Made by a program: the position numbers and the translations under genes
The notes under the pieces: model-generated
What the model was told of the DNA's origin: nothing
What the model saw: the letters and a program-made list of their open reading frames with translations, nothing else
Database searches by the model: none
In this document: positions 56,457 to 64,000 of the stretch, piece by piece
How the letters are laid out: each line of letters starts with the position of its first letter
Numbering within the stretch: position 1 is the first letter of the stretch
Source of the DNA: a virus
Taxonomy: Duplodnaviria; Heunggongvirae; Uroviricota; Caudoviricetes
Length of the DNA stretch: 64,000 nucleotides
Reading direction: 5' to 3' (one strand)
Virus record (IMG/VR): IMGVR_UViG_3300031853_000005
Location: 53,469 to 117,468 of that record

Positions 56457-56714
56457 ATGGAAATAAAAGCGAGTTGTACGAACTGCTGGCGAGAAAGTTG
56501 TGGTCATGCAGGAGAACACAATCCTGCATGTGACCGCTGGATTAAGCCAGACAGAAAACCGTTCGAAGACTACGTGTATAACATGACAGGAAATCTCGGC
56601 GAGAAAGATGAACCATTCTGTCCATTTTCTGCCGGCGGATACTGTGATGTTAAAGGATTCGATGCATGTTATCACTGCGATTTTGCATGGAAATCATTTG
56701 AGGATGTGAATTGA
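56457..56714 (+). CDS. Cys-rich hypothetical protein (85 aa)
   Basis: ORF. Confidence 0.45.
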   Translation: MEIKASCTNCWRESCGHAGEHNPACDRWIKPDRKPFEDYVYNMTGNLGEKDEPFCPFSAGGYCDVKGFDACYHCDFAWKSFEDVN

Positions 56715-56737
56715 TAAACTGATGGAGGAATGGTTCG

Positions 56738-57043
56738 ATGTATAACAGCAGCCCATACGAACATATGACGGTTGAAATCCGTATCAAAGACAACGATAGG
56801 ACTGTCGCCCGGTGTTCCGTAACGGATCGCTGTATCCACGATCTTGACGTTCACAAGGACTACCGCAGACGCGGATACGCCAAAAGGATGATCGATGTCC
56901 TTGAACGCAACTACGATGCCGACCGGCTGTGGGTGAAAGCTGATAATGTAGAAGCTGTTGCTCTCTATAACAATCTTGGATTCCAAATTGTTGAAATCGA
57001 TGACGGTTATTACAAGATGAAATTGGAGCAATCAGATGAATGA
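56738..57043 (+). CDS. GNAT-family N-acetyltransferase
   Basis: VHKDYRRRGYAKRMI acetyl-CoA binding motif A. Confidence 0.6.
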   Translation: MYNSSPYEHMTVEIRIKDNDRTVARCSVTDRCIHDLDVHKDYRRRGYAKRMIDVLERNYDADRLWVKADNVEAVALYNNLGFQIVEIDDGYYKMKLEQSDE

Positions 57044-57173
57044 TATTAATAAGATGTGGCCGATCTGCCACGATTGCCCATATTGGGAAGTATGTGATCC
57101 TCCTTATAACTGCGTAGCTACAGAGCAGAAAATAAAAGCCTTGTTTGATGATGAAAATAAAGGAAACTAATTT

Positions 57174-58031
57174 ATGAATATACAGTCATTATCTATTGTT
57201 GTTCCTGCTGAGAAGTGTTGGAATCAGTGTCCGTTCTGCGTTTCCAGGATGCACTGTGAAGACTACGGCGAAATGATTCTTGATAATAGAGAACCAATTC
57301 CACAAGAATACCTTAACCGTATGCAGTTTGTCCGAGATGAAGGCTGCAACTCTATGGTGATCACAGGCGACACCGAACCTCAACAGAATCTCAAGTTCAT
57401 CTATAAACTGCTGAGAGCAAACAACGAAAATCTTCGGACTCCGTTTTACAATATCAGTTTGCAGACAACTGGAAGCGGACTCGATCAAATGGATATATGT
57501 AAACTCGCCGGATATGGTTTAACAACTCTCGCTCTGTCGATCAGCTCATTTGATGCAGACAGAAATGCAGAGATTATTGGCATGCCTGAGAAAGCAAAGA
57601 GGAATTTCTATAATGTCCAGCGATGGGCAAAGATGTGTAATCTGGTAACTCGCGCATCTGTGAATCTCACAAGCGAGTTTAACGACATGGAAGCTGAAGA
57701 TTATTTCAACTGGGCGAAAACTCATGGTTTTGATCAGATTACATTCAGGAAGATCTATTCTGATGGAGACAACGATCAGGCAAAATGGATTAAAACACAT
57801 TCATTCAATCCAGAAAATTATGATAATATTTTAGTTTATATATCACGCTATGGAACGCCTATTGCAAGACTTCCATTTGGGTTCATCAAGTATTCTGTAC
57901 ACGGCATCTCTACGGTAGTAGACGGAAACTGCATGGCAAAAAATAATATCGATGAAATGAAGTACGCGATCCTGAGACCGAACGGACATCTGTATAGTCG
58001 CTGGGATGATCCTGGCAGCTTGATTTTCTGA
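57174..58031 (+). CDS. radical SAM domain protein
   Basis: CWNQCPFC CxxxCxxC motif at N-terminus. Confidence 0.55.
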   Translation: MNIQSLSIVVPAEKCWNQCPFCVSRMHCEDYGEMILDNREPIPQEYLNRMQFVRDEGCNSMVITGDTEPQQNLKFIYKLLRANNENLRTPFYNISLQTTGSGLDQMDICKLAGYGLTTLALSISSFDADRNAEIIGMPEKAKRNFYNVQRWAKMCNLVTRASVNLTSEFNDMEAEDYFNWAKTHGFDQITFRKIYSDGDNDQAKWIKTHSFNPENYDNILVYISRYGTPIARLPFGFIKYSVHGISTVVDGNCMAKNNIDEMKYAILRPNGHLYSRWDDPGSLIF

Positions 58032-58273
58032 TGAGAAGAGAGGCTGTTTACTGCGAAAGATGTGGCGCGTACATTCCAGAAACGACAGGTGAGTGTGTAG
58101 CTTGCAAACATAATACCGAGCAATCATCTGATACCAAGATCGCATTTGTCACTTTTGAGTCTGACCTATATGATCCTAATTTTACACCGATTAATGGTTA
58201 CAGACTCTATTATGCAATGGATACACGACTCTATTATTGGTACGGTGATGACGGTATTTTTAGAGAACTTTAG
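58031..58273 (+). CDS. zinc-ribbon protein (80 aa)
   Basis: CERCG..CVAC. Confidence 0.45.
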   Translation: MRREAVYCERCGAYIPETTGECVACKHNTEQSSDTKIAFVTFESDLYDPNFTPINGYRLYYAMDTRLYYWYGDDGIFREL

Positions 58274-58441
58274 AAGGTTGGCTAAATGAATTCTAAAACA
58301 ACATGGCAGATTAATAACATAATCCATGTAATCGGTGCAATATGTGCGGCTATCGGATTTACAAACAATATGCCAGGATTGATTGCTATCGGTCTCTACT
58401 GGCTTACATTGAATCTTCGAGATTAAAGATGTGGTGATATT

Positions 58442-58693
58442 ATGGGCGATAAAATTGATGATAAAAATGTAGTGATCACTGAAATATGGCCTCTTAGCAC
58501 AAATGTGCATCCGAATGGAGGCATTGGCATTTCGTGGGCGGCTAAAGGAATTGGTTTCGGCGAGTATGTTTTGTTCTGGGGCGATGACAATAAGCTCCAC
58601 GCGGACACTGAATATATGGACTGCGGCGAATGTAAATCATTCACAAGAGAAGTCCTGGGTGCTCTTGCTAATGAGGTGATAATTGATTCATGA
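58442..58693 (+). CDS. hypothetical protein (83 aa)
   Basis: ORF. Confidence 0.45.
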   Translation: MGDKIDDKNVVITEIWPLSTNVHPNGGIGISWAAKGIGFGEYVLFWGDDNKLHADTEYMDCGECKSFTREVLGALANEVIIDS

Positions 58694-59262
58694 TTATTAA
58701 ACAGATTGACTTCGTGCTTGAGAATTGCGAAGTTGTTTCAATCCCTGGTTATTACATAGGGTTCATTGACATTAATGACATTAAAACAAGTATCTCAAGA
58801 GTTGCGTGTAACTGCGTCATGGAGATGAAAGTTTGCAATGACTTCGCAGTTGAGATTCATCGCGATGCAAACAAGAAATATGCACCGTTTGATATCGATG
58901 ATCCAGAGCGTATAACCAGCACATTTGACCGTCTCACAAAATGGCGAGATATTACATCAATCGAGCTGACTTTGACGAATAATGATTATTACGAAGAAGA
59001 CTTTGACGAGTATAATGAAATCCGTAAGATCTTTTTGCACTGGACTGGCGATAATGAATTTGAAAATGCTGGTCAGCTTTGCTACATAAATAAATCCGGT
59101 GATCTCTATATTACGGTAAACGACGGAACGAAGTCTATGTATGATGTATTCGGAAAAGAAATTGATGATCCTGAATGCGTTGATTTACATTTTGAACTCA
59201 TGGATGTCGGGGACGATAACCACCAGATTTTTCTTGAACTAATGAAGAGAAATAGCGATTAA
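58690..59262 (+). CDS. hypothetical protein (190 aa)
   Basis: ORF, 4-nt overlap. Confidence 0.5.
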   Translation: MIIKQIDFVLENCEVVSIPGYYIGFIDINDIKTSISRVACNCVMEMKVCNDFAVEIHRDANKKYAPFDIDDPERITSTFDRLTKWRDITSIELTLTNNDYYEEDFDEYNEIRKIFLHWTGDNEFENAGQLCYINKSGDLYITVNDGTKSMYDVFGKEIDDPECVDLHFELMDVGDDNHQIFLELMKRNSD

Positions 59263-59279
59263 GGAAGGATAATTTAATA

Positions 59280-59474
59280 GTGGCAGATCTTAATGATCAA
59301 CTGTTGACATACAAAGATTTGCAAGCTATACTTCATATCGGTAAGAATAAAGCATATGAGTTATTGAAATCAAGTTGCTTTCCAACAATCAAAATTAATA
59401 ATCGTATGTATGTAAATCGCCGAGCTTTGTCAAAATGGCTCGATGATTATACACACAAAACATTCTTAACCTGA
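59280..59474 (+). CDS. xis: excisionase/AlpA-like HTH DNA-binding protein
   Basis: LTYKDLQAILHIGKNKAYELLKS..FPTIKINNRMYVNRRALSKWL winged-helix pattern; position directly upstream of att/int. Confidence 0.55.
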   Translation: MADLNDQLLTYKDLQAILHIGKNKAYELLKSSCFPTIKINNRMYVNRRALSKWLDDYTHKTFLT

Positions 59475-59585
59475 TATGGGTTAGTGTGTAGATAGCGTGT
59501 AGTTACAAATCTGATACTCCAAAGCATTAGTAAATACTACATGATTGGGAGAATGAGCATATGTCTCCAAAACCGTAGGCCGAGG

Positions 59586-59613
59586 GTTCGAAGCCTTCTT
59601 CCCCTGCCACTAT
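59586..59613 (+). other. tRNA 3'-end fragment (T arm + acceptor + CCA) = probable attP core
   Basis: GAGGG-TTCGAAG-CCTTC T arm, TTCCCCT acceptor 3' half, discriminator G, CCA; no matching 5' half upstream. Confidence 0.5.
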
Positions 59614-59619
59614 TTAACA

Positions 59620-59655
59620 AGAAACTCGCCTGAAATGGCGGGTTTTTTGTATATT
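59620..59655 (+). terminator. rho-independent terminator
   Basis: aactcgcctgaaatggcgggttttttgt. Confidence 0.65.
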
Positions 59656-59781
59656 CTGAACAAAATTTCGTCGTTCATAATTTGTCTATTGCCTTATTTA
59701 TGAATATATTGTAAACTCATTTCACTAAGCTTCCCCCACATTAGTGTGTAAAATTGAGTGTACTACATGAAAGGAGGCAAT

Positions 59782-60963
59782 ATGTCAAAAGAAAATAGGC
59801 GAGAGAAAGGAACTGGGGGAATCACCCAGCGAAAAGACGGTCTCTATCAAGGTTGTTTTGATGCAGGAGTAAAACCAGACGGCAAGCGCGATGTTAAATA
59901 CGTATATGCTAAAACCGAGCCAGAATGCAAACGCAAACTGAATGCGCTGATTAAAGAAATCCATAAAACAGAATACGTTTATGTACAGAAAGAATCCGTA
60001 GAATCATTTTTGACAACGTGGCTCACTGCCGTAAAAGTTTTAGATCTTAAACCAAAAAGCTATGATCGCCTGGAACAGACAATTAACAATCAGGTGATCC
60101 CATACATCGGCGATAAGCAGATTCATGACCTTAAAAGCGATGAAATACAAGAGATGATATCAAAACTCGTTGCCGAAGGTAAATCATACTCTTCTATCAA
60201 AAAAGCTTATGAGGCTTTGAATGCAGCATTCAAGTGGGGATTGATTTGCGATCCGCCGAAAATCAAAAAGAATCCAGCGGCAAACATTAAACTCCCAAAT
60301 AAAAAATTATTTACCCAGAAGCAAATCCCATTCTACACAGAAAAAGAAGCTAAGATCCTGATCGCCCAGGCAACATCAAGGAACGGCAAAGGCAACCGCA
60401 AATATCCTCTCGGAGCGTTTGTTCCACTTCTCATTAATACCGGACTCCGAATGAGTGAATTACTTGCACTTAAATGGGAAGACGATATCGACCTGGAAAA
60501 TAAAACTCTTACCGTACACAATAATGTGGTATTTGTTAGAGATCGCGAGAAAGAAAAAGGATATAAATTGTTAGAGCAGGACAGCGTAAAGACGGATGCC
60601 GGACAAGACAGAGTAATTCCGCTAAACGATGCTGCCGTTGATGCACTTAAAAATTTGCAAGAAATCTCAGGCACTAGGACTTGGGTCATGACCACTAGGA
60701 ACAATACCCAAGTCAAGCCTCGCCAGCTTGATCAGATGTTCCGCAGAATTGCAGTCGCGTCAGATCTTCCTGAAGAAAAAATCTATGGCGTTCATGCGCT
60801 GAGACACACATTCGCAACTCTGCTTCTTAAAAACAAAATTGATATTAAGACAGTCAGTAAGCTTCTCGGTCACTCCGATGTATCAATCACGTATAACACT
60901 TATATCCATGTGATTAAAGAGCAGGAGGCTGAAGCCGTAGGAAGCCTGCCAGAGCTGACGTAA
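59782..60963 (+). CDS. int: tyrosine integrase
   Basis: LRMSELLALKWED (Arg box), HALRHTFATLLL (HxxRH), LLGHSDVSITYNTYIH (catalytic Tyr); AAGGAGG RBS + ATG 59782. Confidence 0.85.
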   Translation: MSKENRREKGTGGITQRKDGLYQGCFDAGVKPDGKRDVKYVYAKTEPECKRKLNALIKEIHKTEYVYVQKESVESFLTTWLTAVKVLDLKPKSYDRLEQTINNQVIPYIGDKQIHDLKSDEIQEMISKLVAEGKSYSSIKKAYEALNAAFKWGLICDPPKIKKNPAANIKLPNKKLFTQKQIPFYTEKEAKILIAQATSRNGKGNRKYPLGAFVPLLINTGLRMSELLALKWEDDIDLENKTLTVHNNVVFVRDREKEKGYKLLEQDSVKTDAGQDRVIPLNDAAVDALKNLQEISGTRTWVMTTRNNTQVKPRQLDQMFRRIAVASDLPEEKIYGVHALRHTFATLLLKNKIDIKTVSKLLGHSDVSITYNTYIHVIKEQEAEAVGSLPELT

Positions 60964-61299
60964 CGTTTATTATAACAAACAAAAACTCAATTTTGTTTAT
61001 TAACTTAAACATTTTTACGATACAAATTTAAGTTGCAATAATTATATGCTATTTACAACGAACCTCGTAGGACACACATAAATGCGTTCTGCGGGGTTTT
61101 CTTTTTATATGTGCTTATTCTCATCCAGGAAGCAGAAATCAAACACGGCTCAATTCTGAAGCCACAGCGCAAAAAAAATAAGAGACAATTCCACCGTAGT
61201 GAAAAGTCTCTTATCTTTGGTTATACCCTATCTGATATAATGTGTACGATATTACATGTTAGTATACCTTATAGGGTATAAGAAGTAAAATATTACTGT

Positions 61300-61761
61300 T
61301 TACAGAAAATCATTCTGATCCATGCAGCCTTCGTATGCGGCTTTGATTCTCTCTTTCGCTGTGATCGTTTTGTTGTTTTTGAAGTTTGGATGTGCATCAC
61401 AGTATTTCTCATAATTGTCAATATCGGATAGCACCTGGTCAAAACTTTCCTGCGAGTGCCGGATATTCCTACGCAGTTCATCAGAGAACGACAAAATTCT
61501 TATCCTGCAATTAACTGCTTCTCTCTCTTCTTCAATGGCTTCGGCTGCTTCCTGCCTTGACTGAATTTCATCAACCTTATTTTCAAGATCGCCAATCTTT
61601 TCAAACAGTTCTCTATTCGTCCGTCTTCCGATCCAGTTTAAAAATGCGGAAACAGGGTTCAGCTTGATAGGCGTAAACTCAATAAAAACAGACAGTATGG
61701 CGATGATCCCAAGACCACCGCCGATAAGCTGCCCAACGGTTGCATTCATGAGAGATTCCAT
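61300..61761 (-). CDS. membrane-anchored coiled-coil protein (153 aa), lysis-cassette associated
   Basis: N-terminal TM LIGGGLGIIAILSVFIEF; downstream of holin. Confidence 0.45.
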   Translation of the reverse strand: MESLMNATVGQLIGGGLGIIAILSVFIEFTPIKLNPVSAFLNWIGRRTNRELFEKIGDLENKVDEIQSRQEAAEAIEEEREAVNCRIRILSFSDELRRNIRHSQESFDQVLSDIDNYEKYCDAHPNFKNNKTITAKERIKAAYEGCMDQNDFL

Positions 61762-61783
61762 GATGCAATCCTCCTTTCAAATG

Positions 61784-62086
61784 TTATCCAGCAGCTTTCT
61801 GGATTTCAAGGACAGCAGCTTCAATCGCTACATCGACCTGCTGATCATCGAGTTTAATGTTGTGTTCTTTCAGGAACTCTTCGACATACTTCTTTTTTGC
61901 TTCGCCCCAGCCTTGCTGGTTATAAATCTGCTCTGCGCTCTTGACAGCCAGACGCACCCAGAACATGGCGTTTTCCCACTTCTGCTCAGTGGTCTTGGAA
62001 CGCAGCAACGGAATAAGCCAGGAAGACAGAATAACTCCAACCAGTCCGATCAGAGCAACGATAACCTGAGTCATATCAATAACCAT
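61784..62086 (-). CDS. holin (LL-H family-like)
   Basis: N-terminal TM VIVALIGLVGVILSSWLIPLL, C-terminal ..QVDVAIEAAVLE resembling LL-H holin tail; adjacent to endolysin. Confidence 0.6.
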   Translation of the reverse strand: MVIDMTQVIVALIGLVGVILSSWLIPLLRSKTTEQKWENAMFWVRLAVKSAEQIYNQQGWGEAKKKYVEEFLKEHNIKLDDQQVDVAIEAAVLEIQKAAG

Positions 62087-63255
62087 TATTCTTCTCCTTC
62101 ATCAATTTCAAGCTCTTTCAGAGCGTCTTCATCTACCCATCCAGATCCGATCACACTGAATCTCTGAAGCGGTCTGATCCTGTACGGATGTGCCGCAGAA
62201 TGATTCGTGCCGATAATCAGTACATCCTGCTGTTTGACTTTAATACCGATTCTGCCGTTTGCGGTCAGATACCAGCCATTGCCGATAAAATGTACGATAT
62301 CGCCGATGTGGAATCTGTATCCATCATCAGGAATTTCATCCTCAATGTTTCCACCGATCACGATAGAAGGATACTGATGAACAACCGGCTTAATCACAAC
62401 AGGAGTTTCTTCGTCGATGTTTCCGCCGAGAACAATCGTGGGTTTAGGATCTGGCTGAATTGCATCAATGTTAGTCACTTTACCACTCTCTTCTTTCTTC
62501 TTTTTCAAAGCCTCGTCAATAGCGGCGTAGGTGATTGGCCCAACTTCGCCGTCAATCGGTTCGACTTTATAATCCGTCTGAAACTTCTTTACAGCCTCCC
62601 TTGTGTCTCTGCCAAAATCACCGTCTGCTCCCCAGCGTCCGAGATCATATCCAAGCTTGATCAGATTCTCCTGAACCTTCAGGACATCTGTACCGGACAT
62701 GCCTTTTCTGAGAATACGCTTTTCAGTATTAGCAGGCTCAACAGGAGTGTTTGTCTCAGGAATATAGCTTTCGCTTACACCTTCAACGAGCTTCCAATTC
62801 GGTCTTCCAAATCCTGCAACGTCGCCGCCATAAATCTTATGCGTGACAAGACTAACCTTGTCAGAATAGTTTCCTTCAACAGCCTGGAAAGAATTTCCAT
62901 CGATAGACACGACAATGCCGGTATGGTTGATATCGCCGCCGACATAATAGAAAGACTGGTCTCCAATCTCAGGAGTCTTTACGAATGCACCAGCCGATTT
63001 GAACAGGTCTGCCGAATTCCTACAAGCAGCAGTTCCGCCATATGTAAGACGAGATCCGATATCATATCCAAAGCAATTGAGATAGCACCAGTTAGTGAAC
63101 GTGCAACACCACGGCTGATTCTGCGGAACCCATCCATACAGCTTTGCGATTTTCGGATCGTCAGCATATTTATTGTAATTGTTTGCCCCTTCGCGAGTTC
63201 CAAGCTGCGAACGAACAAACGCTACAAATTTCTCTTTCGCTTCATTTATAGTCAA
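62086..63255 (-). CDS. endolysin: CHAP peptidase domain + peptidoglycan-binding (PG_binding_1) domain
   Basis: CHAP Cys (QPWCCTFTNWCY) and His (DINHTGIV); PGRP-binding repeat GMSGTDVLKVQENLIKLGYDLGRWGADGDFGRDTREAVKKFQ. Confidence 0.75.
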   Translation of the reverse strand: MTINEAKEKFVAFVRSQLGTREGANNYNKYADDPKIAKLYGWVPQNQPWCCTFTNWCYLNCFGYDIGSRLTYGGTAACRNSADLFKSAGAFVKTPEIGDQSFYYVGGDINHTGIVVSIDGNSFQAVEGNYSDKVSLVTHKIYGGDVAGFGRPNWKLVEGVSESYIPETNTPVEPANTEKRILRKGMSGTDVLKVQENLIKLGYDLGRWGADGDFGRDTREAVKKFQTDYKVEPIDGEVGPITYAAIDEALKKKKEESGKVTNIDAIQPDPKPTIVLGGNIDEETPVVIKPVVHQYPSIVIGGNIEDEIPDDGYRFHIGDIVHFIGNGWYLTANGRIGIKVKQQDVLIIGTNHSAAHPYRIRPLQRFSVIGSGWVDEDALKELEIDEGEE

Positions 63256-63294
63256 TATATTTCACCTCTTCCCCTTATCTTTCTCTTACTCTAT

Positions 63295-63759
63295 TCACGT
63301 AGGCAGCTTCCCAGCGTACTTAAAGTATGCGAGATAATTCTCAGTACCAGATGCGTTTACACAAGATACCATCATAATATCCGCCTGCTTCGGGTACACG
63401 CTTGCTCCGTTGCAAATATAGCTTGATCTGTTGACATACACATGAGCAACAAACAGGCAATTGTACTGAAGCGTTTCTTTTTCTCTGACAATGAATGCTA
63501 CATCATCAGGATGAAATTCTCCGACATCCCAGATGCCTTTCGCATAATCGCTCTTGCTCAGTGCGTGATCTGCGATTACTTTCCCCGCGCCAAACCTGTG
63601 GATGCTTGCTGAGTTCTCTGCATCAACAATCTTCTGTGCGGTAGCCTGATTCCCTTGATAAAGCGGAATCATAATGTTATGCTCCGGAATCTGAAGCATA
63701 CCGTATGCACCTTCCGGAATAGTGCATTTTCTCGGAATTGCAAATGCTGATAAGTCCAT
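63295..63759 (-). CDS. hypothetical protein (154 aa)
   Basis: ORF upstream of endolysin in same operon. Confidence 0.45.
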   Translation of the reverse strand: MDLSAFAIPRKCTIPEGAYGMLQIPEHNIMIPLYQGNQATAQKIVDAENSASIHRFGAGKVIADHALSKSDYAKGIWDVGEFHPDDVAFIVREKETLQYNCLFVAHVYVNRSSYICNGASVYPKQADIMMVSCVNASGTENYLAYFKYAGKLPT

Positions 63760-64000
63760 GATTCTTCAACTCCGATCTTAAAGATTGAGCCTCCATGACA
63801 TCGCTATCACAGAGGCTCTTGATGTATAAAAACTGTATTATTATTACGTTAAAAACGTTTTGAATCCAGTGAATTTGACCACTGAATTACGTGGTTATGA
63901 TGCCAAAAAGTTCTGAATTTAAGACTCGCTCAAAGCGGCTTTTTCTCACTTAAGTAGGCCCTTAAGTGACAATCACCAGTGACTCTTACGCCACCAGACC

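Noticed and set aside
62188-63426. 412-aa plus-strand ORF
   Set aside because: Antisense to the minus-strand endolysin, which has unambiguous CHAP and PG-binding motifs; the + ORF is low-complexity.
1-64000. CRISPR array, rRNA or IS/transposase
   Set aside because: No regularly spaced direct repeats with unique spacers, no rRNA-like conservation and no DDE or serine-recombinase transposase signatures. Only tyrosine recombinases were seen.

Overview
The window reads as a large temperate Firmicutes-type phage genome, apparently in its non-integrated form (attP core lies between xis and int). It is low-GC and about 90% of the coding sequence is on the + strand.

Layout, left to right:
- 1-2100: a short minus-strand gene block.
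- 2100-4190: a 2.1-kb ORF-free control region with a palindrome cluster, an AT-rich tract, a 4x25-bp iteron array, a tandem direct repeat, and a strong sigma-70 promoter driving about 450 nt of purine-rich ORF-less transcript.
- 4.2-19.7 kb: about 55 small early genes on the + strand. These include a SprT-like metallopeptidase and an HsdM-like N6-adenine methyltransferase fragment that lacks catalytic motif IV. Three copies of a conserved intergenic hairpin element and a strong over-representation of the heptamer GGAAAAT stand out.
- 19.8-23.8 kb: an island of individually promoted genes sharing one promoter family: a second tyrosine recombinase, a solitary MazF/PemK toxin and two unknowns.
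- 23.8-27.7 kb: a tRNA island. It holds five tRNAs; two are class-I scaffolds carrying Leu anticodons. GC-rich structured spacers separate them. A B12-type radical SAM enzyme, a Thg1-like 3'-5' polymerase and a DUF2493/SLOG protein follow.
- 27.7-28.9 kb: a minus-strand XRE repressor plus ImmA metalloprotease lysogeny switch with three reiterated operator-like sites.
- 30.1-32.1 kb: a C5-cytosine methyltransferase locus that is circularly permuted (motifs IV-X followed by motif I). It is broken by a 4-nt insertion, a 6-nt in-frame TGA insertion and several frameshifts. A G9 tract sits at one junction, and G7, G8 and three G5 tracts lie nearby.
- 32.2-34.4 kb: an ATP-dependent RNA ligase and a polynucleotide kinase/HD phosphatase.
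- 34.6-45.5 kb: an SPFH protein, a compact MetK-like SAM synthetase, a single-strand annealing protein, SSB, an HD hydrolase, a DnaB helicase, a DnaG primase, a Cas4-like nuclease and a PolIII-alpha-type polymerase.
- 46.3-59.5 kb: nucleotide metabolism. NrdH-like redoxin, NrdD, an NrdG-like protein, dUTPase, a permease, nucleoside 2-deoxyribosyltransferase, a HAD deoxynucleotidase and a dNMP-kinase-like protein. Secreted CAP-domain, GNAT and radical SAM proteins are also present.
- 59.3-61.0 kb: xis, a tRNA-3'-end attP core, a terminator and int.
- 61.3-63.8 kb: a convergent minus-strand lysis block with an LL-H holin and a CHAP/PG-binding endolysin.

No CRISPR array, rRNA or transposase was found.
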